The notes: a model not told the origin generated them from the sequence alone. A DNA stretch of 63,747 nt, filler included, from Reticulomyxa filosa (GCA_000512085.1; 23 parts of 23 records of this genome joined end to end with filler, not necessarily neighbours in it); one strand, 5' to 3'. Shown: positions 12,498-23,709, numbered from the whole stretch's first letter. Translations and numbers: made by a program.

Positions 12498-12660
12498 CGC
12501 CTTCTCCGAAACGCCAACGAGCGCGGCCTCATGATTGGTCGCTCTTCTTCGACGCTCCCGGACATCGCAAGCGATGTCCTGACGCTATCAGGCCGAGCTT
12601 CGCTCGGCCTCATGGCACGCCACGTGCTGGAGTCTCCGGACGGTCAGGACGGAGGGCATC

Positions 12661-13626
12661 ATGCGGCGGACGGCTCAACGCATTCTCATGACTTTGGTCC
12701 TCTGCGCGGCAGCAAGCGCCGCCTCGGCGCAGGGCCATCTCAGGATCGGTATTGGTGACGATCCCGACGTGCTCGATCCCACCCTGTCGCGCACCTACAC
12801 CGGCCGCATCGTCTTCGCCTCGATCTGCGACAAGCTGTTCGACATCGACGAGAAGCTCACGATCGTGCCGCAGCTCGCGCTTGGCCACGAGACCTCGGCC
12901 GACGGCAAGACGGTCCTCATCAAGCTGCGCCCCGGTGTGAAATTCCATGACGGCGAGCCGTTCGACGCCGCCGCAGCCAAGTACAGTCTCGAACGCCACC
13001 TGAACATGAAGGGGTCTTCCGCAAGCCCGAGATCGGCATCGTCGAAAGCGTCGATGTCGTCGATCCGCTGACCATCAAGCTGAATCTGAAGCAGCCCTTC
13101 TCGCCGCTGCTGGCCCAGCTCACCGACCGGTCGGGGATGATCGTCTCGCCCAAGGCCGCCGAGGCGACGGGCGACAAGTTCGGCCTCAAGCCGGTCTGCG
13201 CCGGCCCCTACAGGTTCGTCGAGCGCGTTCAGCAGGACCGGATCGTCGTCGAGAAATTCGCTGATTACTGGAACAAGGACCAGGTCTTCATCGACAAGAT
13301 CACCTACCTGCCGATCGTCGACACGACGGTGCGCCTGGCCAACCTGCGCTCCGGCGGCATCGACCTCACCGAGCGCATCCTGGCGACCGACATTCCGACC
13401 GTGCGCGCCGATCCCAAGCTGAAGCTCGCCAATTCGGTGTCGCTGGCCTGGTTCGGGCTGATGATCAACCAGAACAACGGGCCGAAGTCGAACAATCCGC
13501 TGGGCAAGGACCCGAGGGTGCGCCGCGCCTTCGAGCTGGCGCTCGACCGCGACGCCATCAACCAGGTCGTGTTCAACGGCGAGTTCGTGCCGGGCAACCA
13601 GTGGATCAGCCCGCAGAGCCCCTATT
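12661..13626 (+). CDS. Bacterial ABC transporter substrate-binding protein, family 5 (DppA/OppA-like); frameshift ~13018; 3'-truncated
   Basis: GGAGG RBS before the ATG; signal peptide; DPDVLDP, PQLA, LRPGVKFHDGEPFDA, PVCAGPYRFVE, DPRVRRAFELALDR. Confidence 0.93.
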
Positions 13627-14567
13627 NNNNNNNNNNNNNNNNNNNNNNNNNNNNNNNNNNNNNNNNNNNNTTAATTAATTAANNNNNNNNNNNNNNNNNN
13701 NNNNNNNNNNNNNNNNNNNNNNNNNNCTATTGAATAAAAATTATCAATCAAAACAATAGATTGCAAGGGGGAGCTTGGTTCCTTTTTTTTTATTTTTGAT
13801 TATGTAATGTTTGTCTTTTGTCGACAAAAATAAGCTTCTGGTCTCTGCCAACACTTAGTAAGGAATAACGATGCAGTTTCTCGTTGCTACAAGTAAAAAT
13901 TTTTGTTTTTGTCCTCCAGAGCTTTCATAACGTTGTTAAAAATAAGAACAAACTAAAAACTTCACTTACGGCCACCCACCACAAAGCGTTTTCTATACCA
14001 TGGAAAAGATATTGTAATTTGTTAAAAAACGTTTTTAAAAATCCGAAAACAAGCAATTTTATTTTCTTCGTAAATCCGATAATAATGTGATAAATAATAA
14101 CTTTATTTTTCTACAATTGATATGTATTTTTTACGATTGTCAGTTGATACACATAGCAACTAGCTGATACAAATCTCCAAACAAGTTGGTAATGATACTA
14201 CAGAACTAACAAAAGTACAGAAATGTCTTTGATCGTCATTATTTGAAATTTATGACCTGTATTTCCAATATAATATTAAATAAAAATGTTTAAATTTGGT
14301 TTAAAATCATTTTTTAAAACATACTTCCTCTACTTCTTTTTTTTTACAATATAGCCTGCCAAAAAAGTACATGGTATTGATTTGGAGAATACGCTTAGGT
14401 CAGTCTAAGAGAGTTTTTAATATTCGTAATTTTTTTGAAAGTAACATTTGAGCAAGAAGAAAAATAAATATGTATTGAAATAACAATAAAGTTTAAATTC
14501 GTGATTTTTTGTTCATGGACAAACAAAAAACATAAAAAAAGTTTTAATTGATTTATCATTAGCAAAA

Positions 14568-14750
14568 CTAATAATAGTTGTCCTCACCATCACTGATATA
14601 AAGATCCTCATCTGTTGGCCTCTCGCACAACACATCAAAATAATTTTTTTCTAAACCTTCCAAGTTCTCACGCGCGCTATATAAATCCCTGTGCACTCCT
14701 TGTGCATCATACCAGTGAAAAAAGGCACGTTGTGAATACATGAGATCATA
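14568..14750 (-). CDS. Divergent alpha-tubulin, C-terminal fragment (absent from the ORF track)
   Basis: Manual translation YDLMYSQRAFFHWYDAQGVHRDLYSARENLEGLEKNYFDVLCERPTDEDLYISDGEDNYY* aligns to canonical [38 protein letters not shown]. Confidence 0.85.
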   Translation of the reverse strand, partial: YDLMYSQRAFFHWYDAQGVHRDLYSARENLEGLEKNYFDVLCERPTDEDLYISDGEDNYY

Positions 14751-14867
14751 TNNNNNNNNNNNNNNNNNNNNNNNNNNNNNNNNNNNNNNNNNNNNTTAAT
14801 TAATTAANNNNNNNNNNNNNNNNNNNNNNNNNNNNNNNNNNNNNNNNNNNNTTTTTTTTTTTTCTGG

Positions 14868-15500
14868 ACACAGTGGACAATTTCCCACTCCAAATGAATC
14901 TTTCTCCTATATCAATGTTATGATTCGATTTCCACAATCTATACGCTTGACTGAGATTATGTCTTGAAAGTCTTTACTCCATCGTAACTCACATTGCAAT
15001 TATTTGGACTCCTTTCCAATCTTTTCTTATGTGATTCTGCCGCTCCATTCCAGAATGCACAAGCAATTTCTTTAATGCTTTACCATAAGTGTACTTGATG
15101 TATTGCTGATATGTCATTTGTGAATCAATAATTAATTCCAAATACTTCAATGTCATTTCCATTCAGGTTCAATTTCATCTTTGGATACTCCTTCTTATTC
15201 TTCATCTTGAATGTGATTGATTGAGTCTTGTCTGGTGCCAGTAACATCTTCCATCTGGATGCCCATTCTGATACATTATCCAAACTCTGTTCCACAACGC
15301 CACATCATCTGCGAACATTCCACACTGGATTGGATCTTGAATTGATCTATCAAGTCGTTGATGTACAACAGGAATAACAAAGGGGACAATGATAATCCTT
15401 GAGGAACTCCTGTTTCAACCACCAATACATTCTTCCTTTCAAATTAAATTCATGCTCATCTTGTACCGCAATCCATCCATTGTCATAATTCTTCCAATAA
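14868..15500 (-). mobile_element. Degenerate non-LTR retrotransposon (LINE) reverse transcriptase remnant
   Basis: Across frames: TGVPQGLSLSPLLFLLYINDL, CGMFADDVALW, EWASRWKMLLAPDKTQSITF; stops and frameshifts present. Confidence 0.9.
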
Positions 15501-15504
15501 TTTC

Positions 15505-15700
15505 TCAACTCCACGAAAGCGATAACGACATTAAAGAAATATTGGAAGATTATGGATATCAAATACAAAAGTGAAAAGATATCAATTGTTAAAGTGATAT
15601 TATCCAAGACTGAAAATGCCAAGAAGCAAAATGCAGAAACAAGAACAACCCAAGCAAACACAAATGTGTGTATGTAGTGGACAACATCCAAGTCAAGACA
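15505..15700 (+). mobile_element. Probable LINE ORF1/gag-like remnant, inverted relative to the RT remnant
   Basis: DIKEILEDYGYQIQ...IVKVILSK followed by a degraded C..CSGQH knuckle; 28 bp identical to 63472-63499. Confidence 0.5.
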
Positions 15701-15846
15701 AGAAAAAAACTTGGTATTAAATTAACAAGGAAGATTCATGCGCTGATGTCGAACGCGCCCGCGCCAAAAGTACGGGCAAGGCCGGAAAGCAACGAAAAGG
15801 CCTCCAAAGGCCCGGAAACCAACAAGAAAGAATGCTTCAACAAATT

Positions 15847-16068
15847 TTATGTTTGATATTTACCTTCGAAGCCATCATTTGCTGAAGTTTCGTAGAATCT
15901 GAGCGTGGTTCCAAAGGACCCTTGGATTCCCTCTGAGCTGCACAGAGGTGAGCAACGCGAATGTGTGATAATTACAAATATTTTGTTGGTTAAATTGACA
16001 TTACTTTGAATCGTATAAAATGTGGCAATGTCTATTTTCACCAAAACAACTTTTAAAGATTGAAGCAT
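15847..16068 (-). mobile_element. Possible second, older RT remnant
   Basis: VVLVKIDIATF...LTNKIFV...EGIQGSFGTTL loosely echoes the RT motifs (FLDISKAFD...LTNR...GVPQGSVLGPTL). Confidence 0.3.
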
Positions 16069-17010
16069 GAATGTTATTTGTTAGTCATTCTTTTCATCTA
16101 AAAAAAAAAGAATTGGTAGAGATGAAATCAGCATTCCAACAATTACAATCCTTCTTGCAATCAATTAATCCAGCATTGATTCAGATGGGGATTGGTAATA
16201 GATCAAGAGATAAAATCAATATTGCAAATACCAATAAGAAAATGAACATATGAGATTCTATTCCAAGTCCCAAATATTATAGCAAAACTAACAGTATAAG
16301 TAGCCCCATTATTGCAAGAAGGATTTAGATCGAAGAAGAAGGACATCGATTATAATTTTCGGTATCTTTATGTTCATCACTGAAGTGAGACAGGATCTGA
16401 AGTGTTATGTCGAAGAGATTTGCATTCCACATTACGATCATTCAATAACATTTAATGTATTTGGTTATGAATCGTGTTGGGTGGAAATCTCTTCCTGATC
16501 AAAAGAAATTGTTATTGTTCTGCAGTTTCTATCGAAATATGCAGTGTAAGCAATTTAAAATCCAAGCATTCGAGCAAGAATTAAGTGTCGGACTACTCTC
16601 TCGCTTCGTCCTCAACTTGCAATTTTTTTTGCTCTCTCTACATGCACAAACTTAGGTCTTTCAAGTTAAAAGAGCACCTCGTTCTAAGAAATAGAACCAG
16701 TACTCAAAGAAAACAATAAAACAAAAAACAAAAGAAAGAACCTCACAAACTCTTATAACAACCAAAAGGTCCACACAAAAATAATTAAAAGAAAAACATT
16801 AAAGTTATTCCATTTAAATTGAAATTGTCTTGAAAAACTTGAAAAATTGATTCAAATCTTTCTCTNNNNNNNNNNNNNNNNNNNNNNNNNNNNNNNNNNN
16901 NNNNNNNNNTTAATTAATTAANNNNNNNNNNNNNNNNNNNNNNNNNNNNNNNNNNNNNNNNNNNNAAAAAAAAAAAAAATGAATGTTACTTTGATTGTGA
17001 ATAATCTCAG

Positions 17011-18131
17011 ACATTTGTGATTGACAACGAAGCGTTGTATAATATATCTCACAATGTATTGAAGCAACCCAACCCGCGATACAAAGACTTGGTGTGTAAC
17101 GCTTTCTTTTTATATTTTTGACGAACCCTTTGAAGGAGATATTCAAAACAATATAACAAAAAGAATTGGGTAATTTCCTTGGTAATGAGTGGAATAACAT
17201 CTTCATTGCGATTCCCAGGAAAATTGAATGGTGATTTGCGCAAAATGGCAACCAACTTAGTGCCTTTCCCTCGTTTGCACTTTTTCTTGCTTGCGCAAGC
17301 ACCACTTTATGCGCCATTAGAAGCTCAAAAGGTCAAATTGACTGTGCAGGAACTCACTGACCAGATGTGGAATAGTCGTAATTTTTTGGCTAATGTCTCT
17401 CCTTCAGGTTCTCTTTTCTTTTTTTAAAGTTGTGCTTCGTCTTGAATTAATTCAACACGCTTTTTTTTTTTATAGATGGCAAATATTTGAGTGCTTCTTG
17501 CTTTTACCGAGGCAATTTAGCTACTCAAGAGGTTGATCAACAGGTAGCGCTAGTTCAAAACAAAATGGCGGACTCCTTTGTGCCCTGGTATTAAAATTTT
17601 CCTTTTTTGTTTTTCAAAAAAATATTTATTAATTGATGTGTCTGTTCTTTTTGAATCAAAGGATTCCAAACAATATCAAATCGAGCATAATTTCTGTCTC
17701 TCCTGAAGATGTGTCAATGAGTGGCAGTTTTGTGGCCAATACAACGGCCATTAAACAAGTGTTTCAGAGAATATCTGCACAATTTGCAAAGATGTTCAAG
17801 TTTTGTGAGCTTACTCTTTTTGTGGTTTTCATGAAATATTGATGTCCACCACGTATGCACTCGAATGTTCAATTGTTACTTTTTTAGACGCAAAGCATTT
17901 TTGCACTGGTATACTGGCGAAGGCATGGACCAAGGCGAATTCGAAGAAAGTGACAAGAATGTTAGAGATTTAGTGACAGAATACCAGGACAAACAAGATG
18001 TTGTCGTAAATATTGACGATCCATTTCAGGAAGAGGAACCGAAACCTTCTGCTAAAGAAACCACTGAAAAAAGGGCAGCTCCCAAAGCAACTGTGAATGA
18101 TGGTGCAGATGATGATGACAATGAAATTTAA
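17011..18131 (+). CDS. Beta2-tubulin (divergent foraminiferan/Retaria paralog), 5'-truncated, four introns
   Basis: [87 protein letters not shown]. The substitutions [14 protein letters not shown] and YQDKQD are typical of beta2. Confidence 0.93.
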
Positions 18132-18504
18132 TCATTTTTTGTTACAGAAAAAACACAATGTTTGAGCTGGTGTAAAAAATTGGCAATTAAAAGGCTAGAT
18201 TTTGTTGTGGATAAAAAACAAACAGCACAATAAATGGTTATGATTTGTCCTTTTTCTTTATTGAAACTCCTGGTAACTTTTTCATTCGATAGAGAAAATC
18301 AGCATACCTACCATTTTTAAGATTTTGGGTTCTACACAAATAATTCACTCTTGAAAAAATACAGTAAAGAGTGACACAACACGAAAAGGTTTTATGCTTT
18401 GAAAAAAGACTTGAATATTTTCAGCCATTCAGCAAAAGTATTTGAGAACAAAATGTAATTTTCTTCAGTTTTTTAATCGTTTTTGAAATTGCAACTACTT
18501 TTGA

Positions 18505-19925
18505 TTAAATTTTTGTTTCATCTAACAAAAGACTGCCAGAATTATTGCTTGTTACTGGTTGTTTGAGAAAATGGTCATTCAATTTCTCGATAATGAACTC
18601 TTTCAGAACTAAATTGTCCTCATCTGGTTTGCCGAAAGCGCCAACACCATCAAATTTCAAAATGTACTCTTTGCCTTCGGAATTCACTAAGACATCGACA
18701 TTTACAATATCCAATCCACCAAAACATTGTGCACAGACATCTGCCCAGAACTTATATCTCGCTGACAATTCCAATTCTTGTGTAACAACATTTTCAGTGT
18801 CATTTTTTTCTTCACCAACTCGTTTTAGAACCCGGTAATGCTTGCCAATTTTTTGAATCCTCAAATTATGGTTTCCTTGTGTTAAAAAAGTATACATGCG
18901 TATGTACATTGTAACATAAAAAAGAAATAATTTTATTGTTAATGTGTCTAGCTAGTGCTGGCTACCTCTGCCAAACAGGAAAATGCATTACCTTCAATAA
19001 AGTTTTCGGCAGTGCAATATGCATCTGTTTCAATTTTACAAAAACATTTTTTGTTGGTAAAAATCTCAAAAGAATTTCATCTTATTTGAATATGGAGTAG
19101 CACAAACAAAAAAGAGCAGAATTATACCAGTGCATGCAACAATAGATTTGAAGTCGCCAAATTGTTTATGATTTTGCAACAGCATTTTTCCAAATCCAGC
19201 ATGACCCGGCCCTATTTTCACGACCAATGGATATTGTGGTGTGATGATCATCTCTTCGCTAACTGGATAATAATTATGTGTAACTATTGGAAAATATTTC
19301 TGACCATACAAGCGATTCAATCGCACCAATTCCGCTAACATCAATGGTCGATCCAACAGATAATATTCGCTCATCAGACTGGAATTTCACACCAAAAAAA
19401 AAGAGCAAATATTAAAACAAGGAACAAAAAAAAACTTTGCGACCTGTTAATTGAAGGTAATTGTGCATGCATAAATCCGAACAGAATTGACCGATGATCT
19501 CCTCCTGTTGAAATTGCATTGCAAAAGCTTCGAAGCAACAAATAGTTGGGAGTAAACATGCGAGAGCCCTTTTGCTCTTGTGGTGTATTTGCAATTGGCT
19601 GTGACGGACGTTTTAAGGTACACACACATTCTTTATCTGAAAATGAGGTAATTGTCACGTCATTCCAAGCTGCTTGCTCTACTACAATAGGCTTCCCGTT
19701 CGAAAGTGTACTCCCTTCAAAAAGGGCATAGAAATTCTCTTTTGGTTGGTCAGATATTACTAACAAGCGAACAAATTCTGGCGTACTTTCATTTGATCCT
19801 TTTTGACACTTTAATTCGTCGAGACTGTACTTGATATCATCAGCATTTCGAATATTCAATTTGGAGTCTTGTTTTGAATCAGTACTATCAACATTCTCTC
19901 CTATTGTGTTTTGATTATTGCCCAT
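18505..19925 (-). CDS. Synapsin-family ATP-grasp protein (4 exons)
   Basis: VEQAAW, FTPNYLLLR, DHRSILFGF..AQLPSINSL, YPLVVKIGPGHAGFGK, YCTAENFI, LRIQKIGKHY and RYKFWADVCAQCFGGLDI are collinear with the animal synapsin C domain. Confidence 0.9.
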
Positions 19926-20300
19926 TTTTAATAGAAATTTAATTTTATCTAGTCAAACTTTGGGGATCTTAAGCGGAGAAAAGCCAAAAGCAGGTGTATA
20001 TAATTATCTTGTCATATTAAATTTTTTTAAATTTACTAAAGAATTTTCAATCTTTGTGTATTGCTAGTACAATAAACGAAGCAAGATAAAATTATGACAT
20101 AGTTTATTTTTCTTCAAATTTTTCACACTAAACAACCTTGTCCAAAACGCTTTTGTCTTTAGAATGCTTAGATTCGTGTTCACAATATCCATCTAAAATA
20201 CTTGGTATGTTCTGAAATGTATTTTCAAACACAAAGATCCTTAGTTCACTTTTTGCTTACTTGTAAAGTTTTGTAGTCTTTTGACAAAACTTGGACAAGA

Positions 20301-20773
20301 ATGTTGACGTTTGTTACAATTGCCAAAGTAATTTTGTCGGTGATTATCCTGAGTATCGTTGGAGTATTATCCTACAAAAGTGTAAGAATTTTGGAAGAGT
20401 TAAACTACGACGCTTTTTGGGTATCACTACCACCACTCGAGGCTAAGCAATTTGGGTGGATCGGCCAAGGATTATTTTTTATAATTATTGGAATATTCTT
20501 GCACTATTCATATTCACGTGTTTTAGAAAACCGTCAAATTGAAAAAGATGAGAAAGGAATATTGAATCGTGATGAAGAAAGAAGTGTCACATATCCGAGT
20601 CAGTATCCTAATGGCTGGTATTTTTTGGTATACAGCAAGGATATAAAAAAAGGTCAAGTGAAGAATATTACTGCTCTGGGACAGCAACTGGTCGTATTCC
20701 GAGGTGAAAGTGGTACTGTGGGAATATTAGACGCTTTTTGTCCTCATTTAGGCGCTAATTTGGGTGTGGGAGG
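20301..20773 (+). CDS. Neverland/DAF-36-like Rieske cholesterol 7-desaturase (N-terminal part)
   Basis: Two N-terminal hydrophobic segments, then YPNGWY...ALGQQLVVFR...GILDAFCPHLGANLGVGG (first Rieske CxH ligand box). Confidence 0.8.
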
Positions 20774-20897
20774 NNNNNNNNNNNNNNNNNNNNNNNNNNN
20801 NNNNNNNNNNNNNNNNNTTAATTAATTAANNNNNNNNNNNNNNNNNNNNNNNNNNNNNNNNNNNNNNNNNNNNTGTGTGTGTGTGTGTGTGTGACAG

Positions 20898-22092
20898 TTG
20901 AAATTGAAAGTAGGGACAATGGTGGAAGTATTTTCATCCACGAAACAAGAATGGGTCGAAGGCAAGATCGACAAAATCAAAGGAGATTTATTGTGTGTCG
21001 TGTACGAAAACAAATTGAAATGGCTTAAAAAAAATTCAAAGCAATTGCGACCAAAGCAACAAGATTTAGTTTATTGTTTGTTTGAATTATAAAAATAAAA
21101 AAATAAAAAAATAAAAAAATACAATCCAATGCAATAACGATACAATATTTCCAAAAAAAATAAAAAAAAGCAAATGGCTTGGTCTCAATCACAACGAGAA
21201 CTACGCACATCATCGCTATCAATGAAAATAAATTCCAAGCCATCTCTGATTCCGCTGTCGACAGAAGAGCCATTGTCTGCAGCCCCACTGGAAGAGGACA
21301 CCTCTCCAAGCGCGCCCGCTGCTTTTGACCTGCTGTCAATGCAAGAGTCCTTCTTAGGTTTGCAAGACGCCAATTCAAATCTCAATATCAATCTAAATCC
21401 AAATTCAAATGTAAATATAAGTTCAAATATACATTCAAATATCAATATCAATGTCAATGCTAATGTCAATGCTAATAATGCTCTACTTAACAATGATATG
21501 AAAATGGACAAGTCAATATCTAAACTACGCGCACAGCCACCACCTCCTCCTCAGGATCAATACTACGCAGCTGCTGTATTAAAAAAAGAGGTCAATTCTG
21601 CGCCCGTGGCACAGGACGCGTTTGATTATGAAGTGGTGTTCACCGAGTCCGTGTTAGGGATGGAGTTGACCCCCGACGCCGATGGCAACAATTGCTTGGT
21701 GACGCGCTGCATTGGAAACGTCGCGAAACAAAAAGTCGATCCAGGGAGCTTGATACTGTCTATCAATGGCGTGTTGGTGGCGGGGCTGAGCTATGATGCC
21801 GTTAGAGACGCCATCAAAGCGGCGGCCAAAAACCCGCCCTTGACTGTCACCTTTCGGCAAAAGCTTGTCTCGCATCTTAGCGGAAATGCTAACTTCCACT
21901 CTTCTTTGGAGAACGACAGAGGCTATCTCAAAGTCAAAGTCGTCGCTGGACTCCAATTGAAGCATCCCGCCTCCTATGCTGTCATTCAAGTCGGCAGTGC
22001 TCGTCTCTCCACCCATGCTGTTTCCAGAAGTGAACATCCGGAATGGAATGAAATGGTTACATTCAAGAATTATCGGCCTGATGCAAAAAAGA
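20898..22092 (+). CDS. Multidomain protein fragment: Tudor/Agenet-like + Asn-rich linker + PDZ + C2
   Basis: LKVGTMVEVFS...WVEGKI (Tudor-like); VFTESVLGMEL...GSLILSINGVLV.GLSYDAV..IK....PLTVTFR (PDZ); YLKVKVVAG.QL...YAVIQVG...PEWNE (C2). The link between the first exon and the rest is inferred. Confidence 0.7.
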
Positions 22093-22095
22093 GTT

Positions 22096-22132
<37 letters not shown>

Positions 22133-22299
22133 NNNNNNNNNNNNNNNNNNNNNNNNNNNNNNNNNNNNNNNNNNNNTTAATTAATTAANNNNNNNNNNNN
22201 NNNNNNNNNNNNNNNNNNNNNNNNNNNNNNNNTCCAGTTGGATTTTAAATCAAATTTCCAGTTTGCACTAACTGTTTTGATTTTAATGTAGAGTTACAC

Positions 22300-23215
22300 T
22301 CCATTTTTTCCTAAAAGTTCATGGCGTCATGGAAAGAGTTTTTGTTGCCAGTGAAAGAAAGAACGGCAATGGGAAAGGGATATTAAAATTAATTCCAACT
22401 TGTTCCGCTTCAATTTTGCGTTCGTACAATCTTGCCGCAGCTCCACTAGTGGTGAAAATGGCAGTGACATTATCATATGCATTAGTGAAATTAATAGCAT
22501 CATCCAAGGCTGCCACACAATATTTCTTCATATGAAATCAAACAAAATTTTGTTCAACCATCTTCTTCCCAAGCATGATCAATAAATAGCGATTTGCATT
22601 GTTTGTTAGAAAATACAACTTTGTAGCAAGTCATGTGCGGCTCTACTAAGTGATAATAGTCGATCCAATGAAGTTGTCATTTGGATAATCTTTGACTTTG
22701 CAGTTTCTGCCATCTAATAGTACTTTTGCGCCTTCATCAATAGCCTATTGAATGATATAATTTACGCGTTGTTTGGCTTCAGGTTGGATCAAAGGTCCAA
22801 CCGACTTGTTTGGTTTATGTCCTGTGTTTACAGCATATATCTTTCCAATTTTAATCAATTCAGATCATATTTTGCTATTTATCCGATGATATATACATTA
22901 TATGGCGTCCATATACAACATTACAAAATTTTTTTATAATAACAAAGAATTTAAAGAAAGGGGAATTAAATATATAAATACAAATATAAAAAATATAATA
23001 TAAAAGGTGCTAACCAGTTGCTGCTTTCTCCGACCAGTAACACCAGGCAAAGCGATACACCTCTAACCAGCGGACCCAAACAACGCTCATGCACAACTTG
23101 GAGCAAGCCCTTTGGGAAGTTGGCACGATTCATCAACTCGGCCAGCATCATGACCGCTGTAGGTACTATTTCCGATTGTTTCAATACAAACGAATTTCTG
23201 CAAGGAATTGTCAAG
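22300..23215 (-). pseudogene. Methylmalonate-semialdehyde dehydrogenase (ALDH6) pseudogene
   Basis: NSFVLKQSEIVP...FPKGLLQVVH, GSAG*RCIAL, DEGAKVLLDGR, TAIFTTSGAAARLYERKIEAEQVGINFNIPFPLPFF; in-frame stops and large deletions. Confidence 0.85.
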
Positions 23216-23424
23216 GGGTAAATCTATTTTTATTTATTTAGTTTTTTTGTTGTTAATATTGCAAATTAAATATGCATATTCGAAAACAACAATGCTAAAA
23301 AAAAAATAAATTCTTCTTTCCCCCCCCCTTTTTTTGATGTTGTGATGATTTCTTGAAAGAATGAATCCAGCATGTACTTTTTTTAAAAGTTTGGGAAAAG
23401 GGGATCCACACAACAATTATAAGG

Positions 23425-23621
23425 TCACATGCAAATGGTGTAACTACGCTTCCGCATTTCAAGTCGATCAAGTAATTGACTTGGATCAATTGCAAGTCTT
23501 TACCGGGTACGGTCCAACTTTCAACCAAGTCATTGTATCTTTCCAAGGCACGTCCAATGCCATTGACTGGTTGGATGACTTTGACGTCATTGGTATGTCT
23601 TATCTCGGCATTCATGGTTAA
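23425..23621 (+). pseudogene. Isolated class 3 lipase exon fragment
   Basis: CKWCNY...DLDQLQVFTGY..TFNQVIVSFQGTSNAIDW closely parallels the lipase at 25776-26985; no GHSLG exon nearby. Confidence 0.7.
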
Positions 23622-23709
23622 GTACATGCATTTTGCAAGATATCTTGGGCACCTACCCTTTTTTCTGATTCACGTAACCTTTTGTTTGTATGTTTGTTAT
23701 TATTTTAGA

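Noticed and set aside
11940-13626. Horizontal transfer of bacterial genes into the host genome
   Set aside because: There is no junction with host DNA, no introns and no compositional amelioration; contamination or an associated bacterium is simpler.
16966-22132. A 'presynaptic-like' gene cluster (synapsin + PDZ-C2 protein)
   Set aside because: The two genes are on different contigs separated by a linker, so there is no physical linkage evidence.
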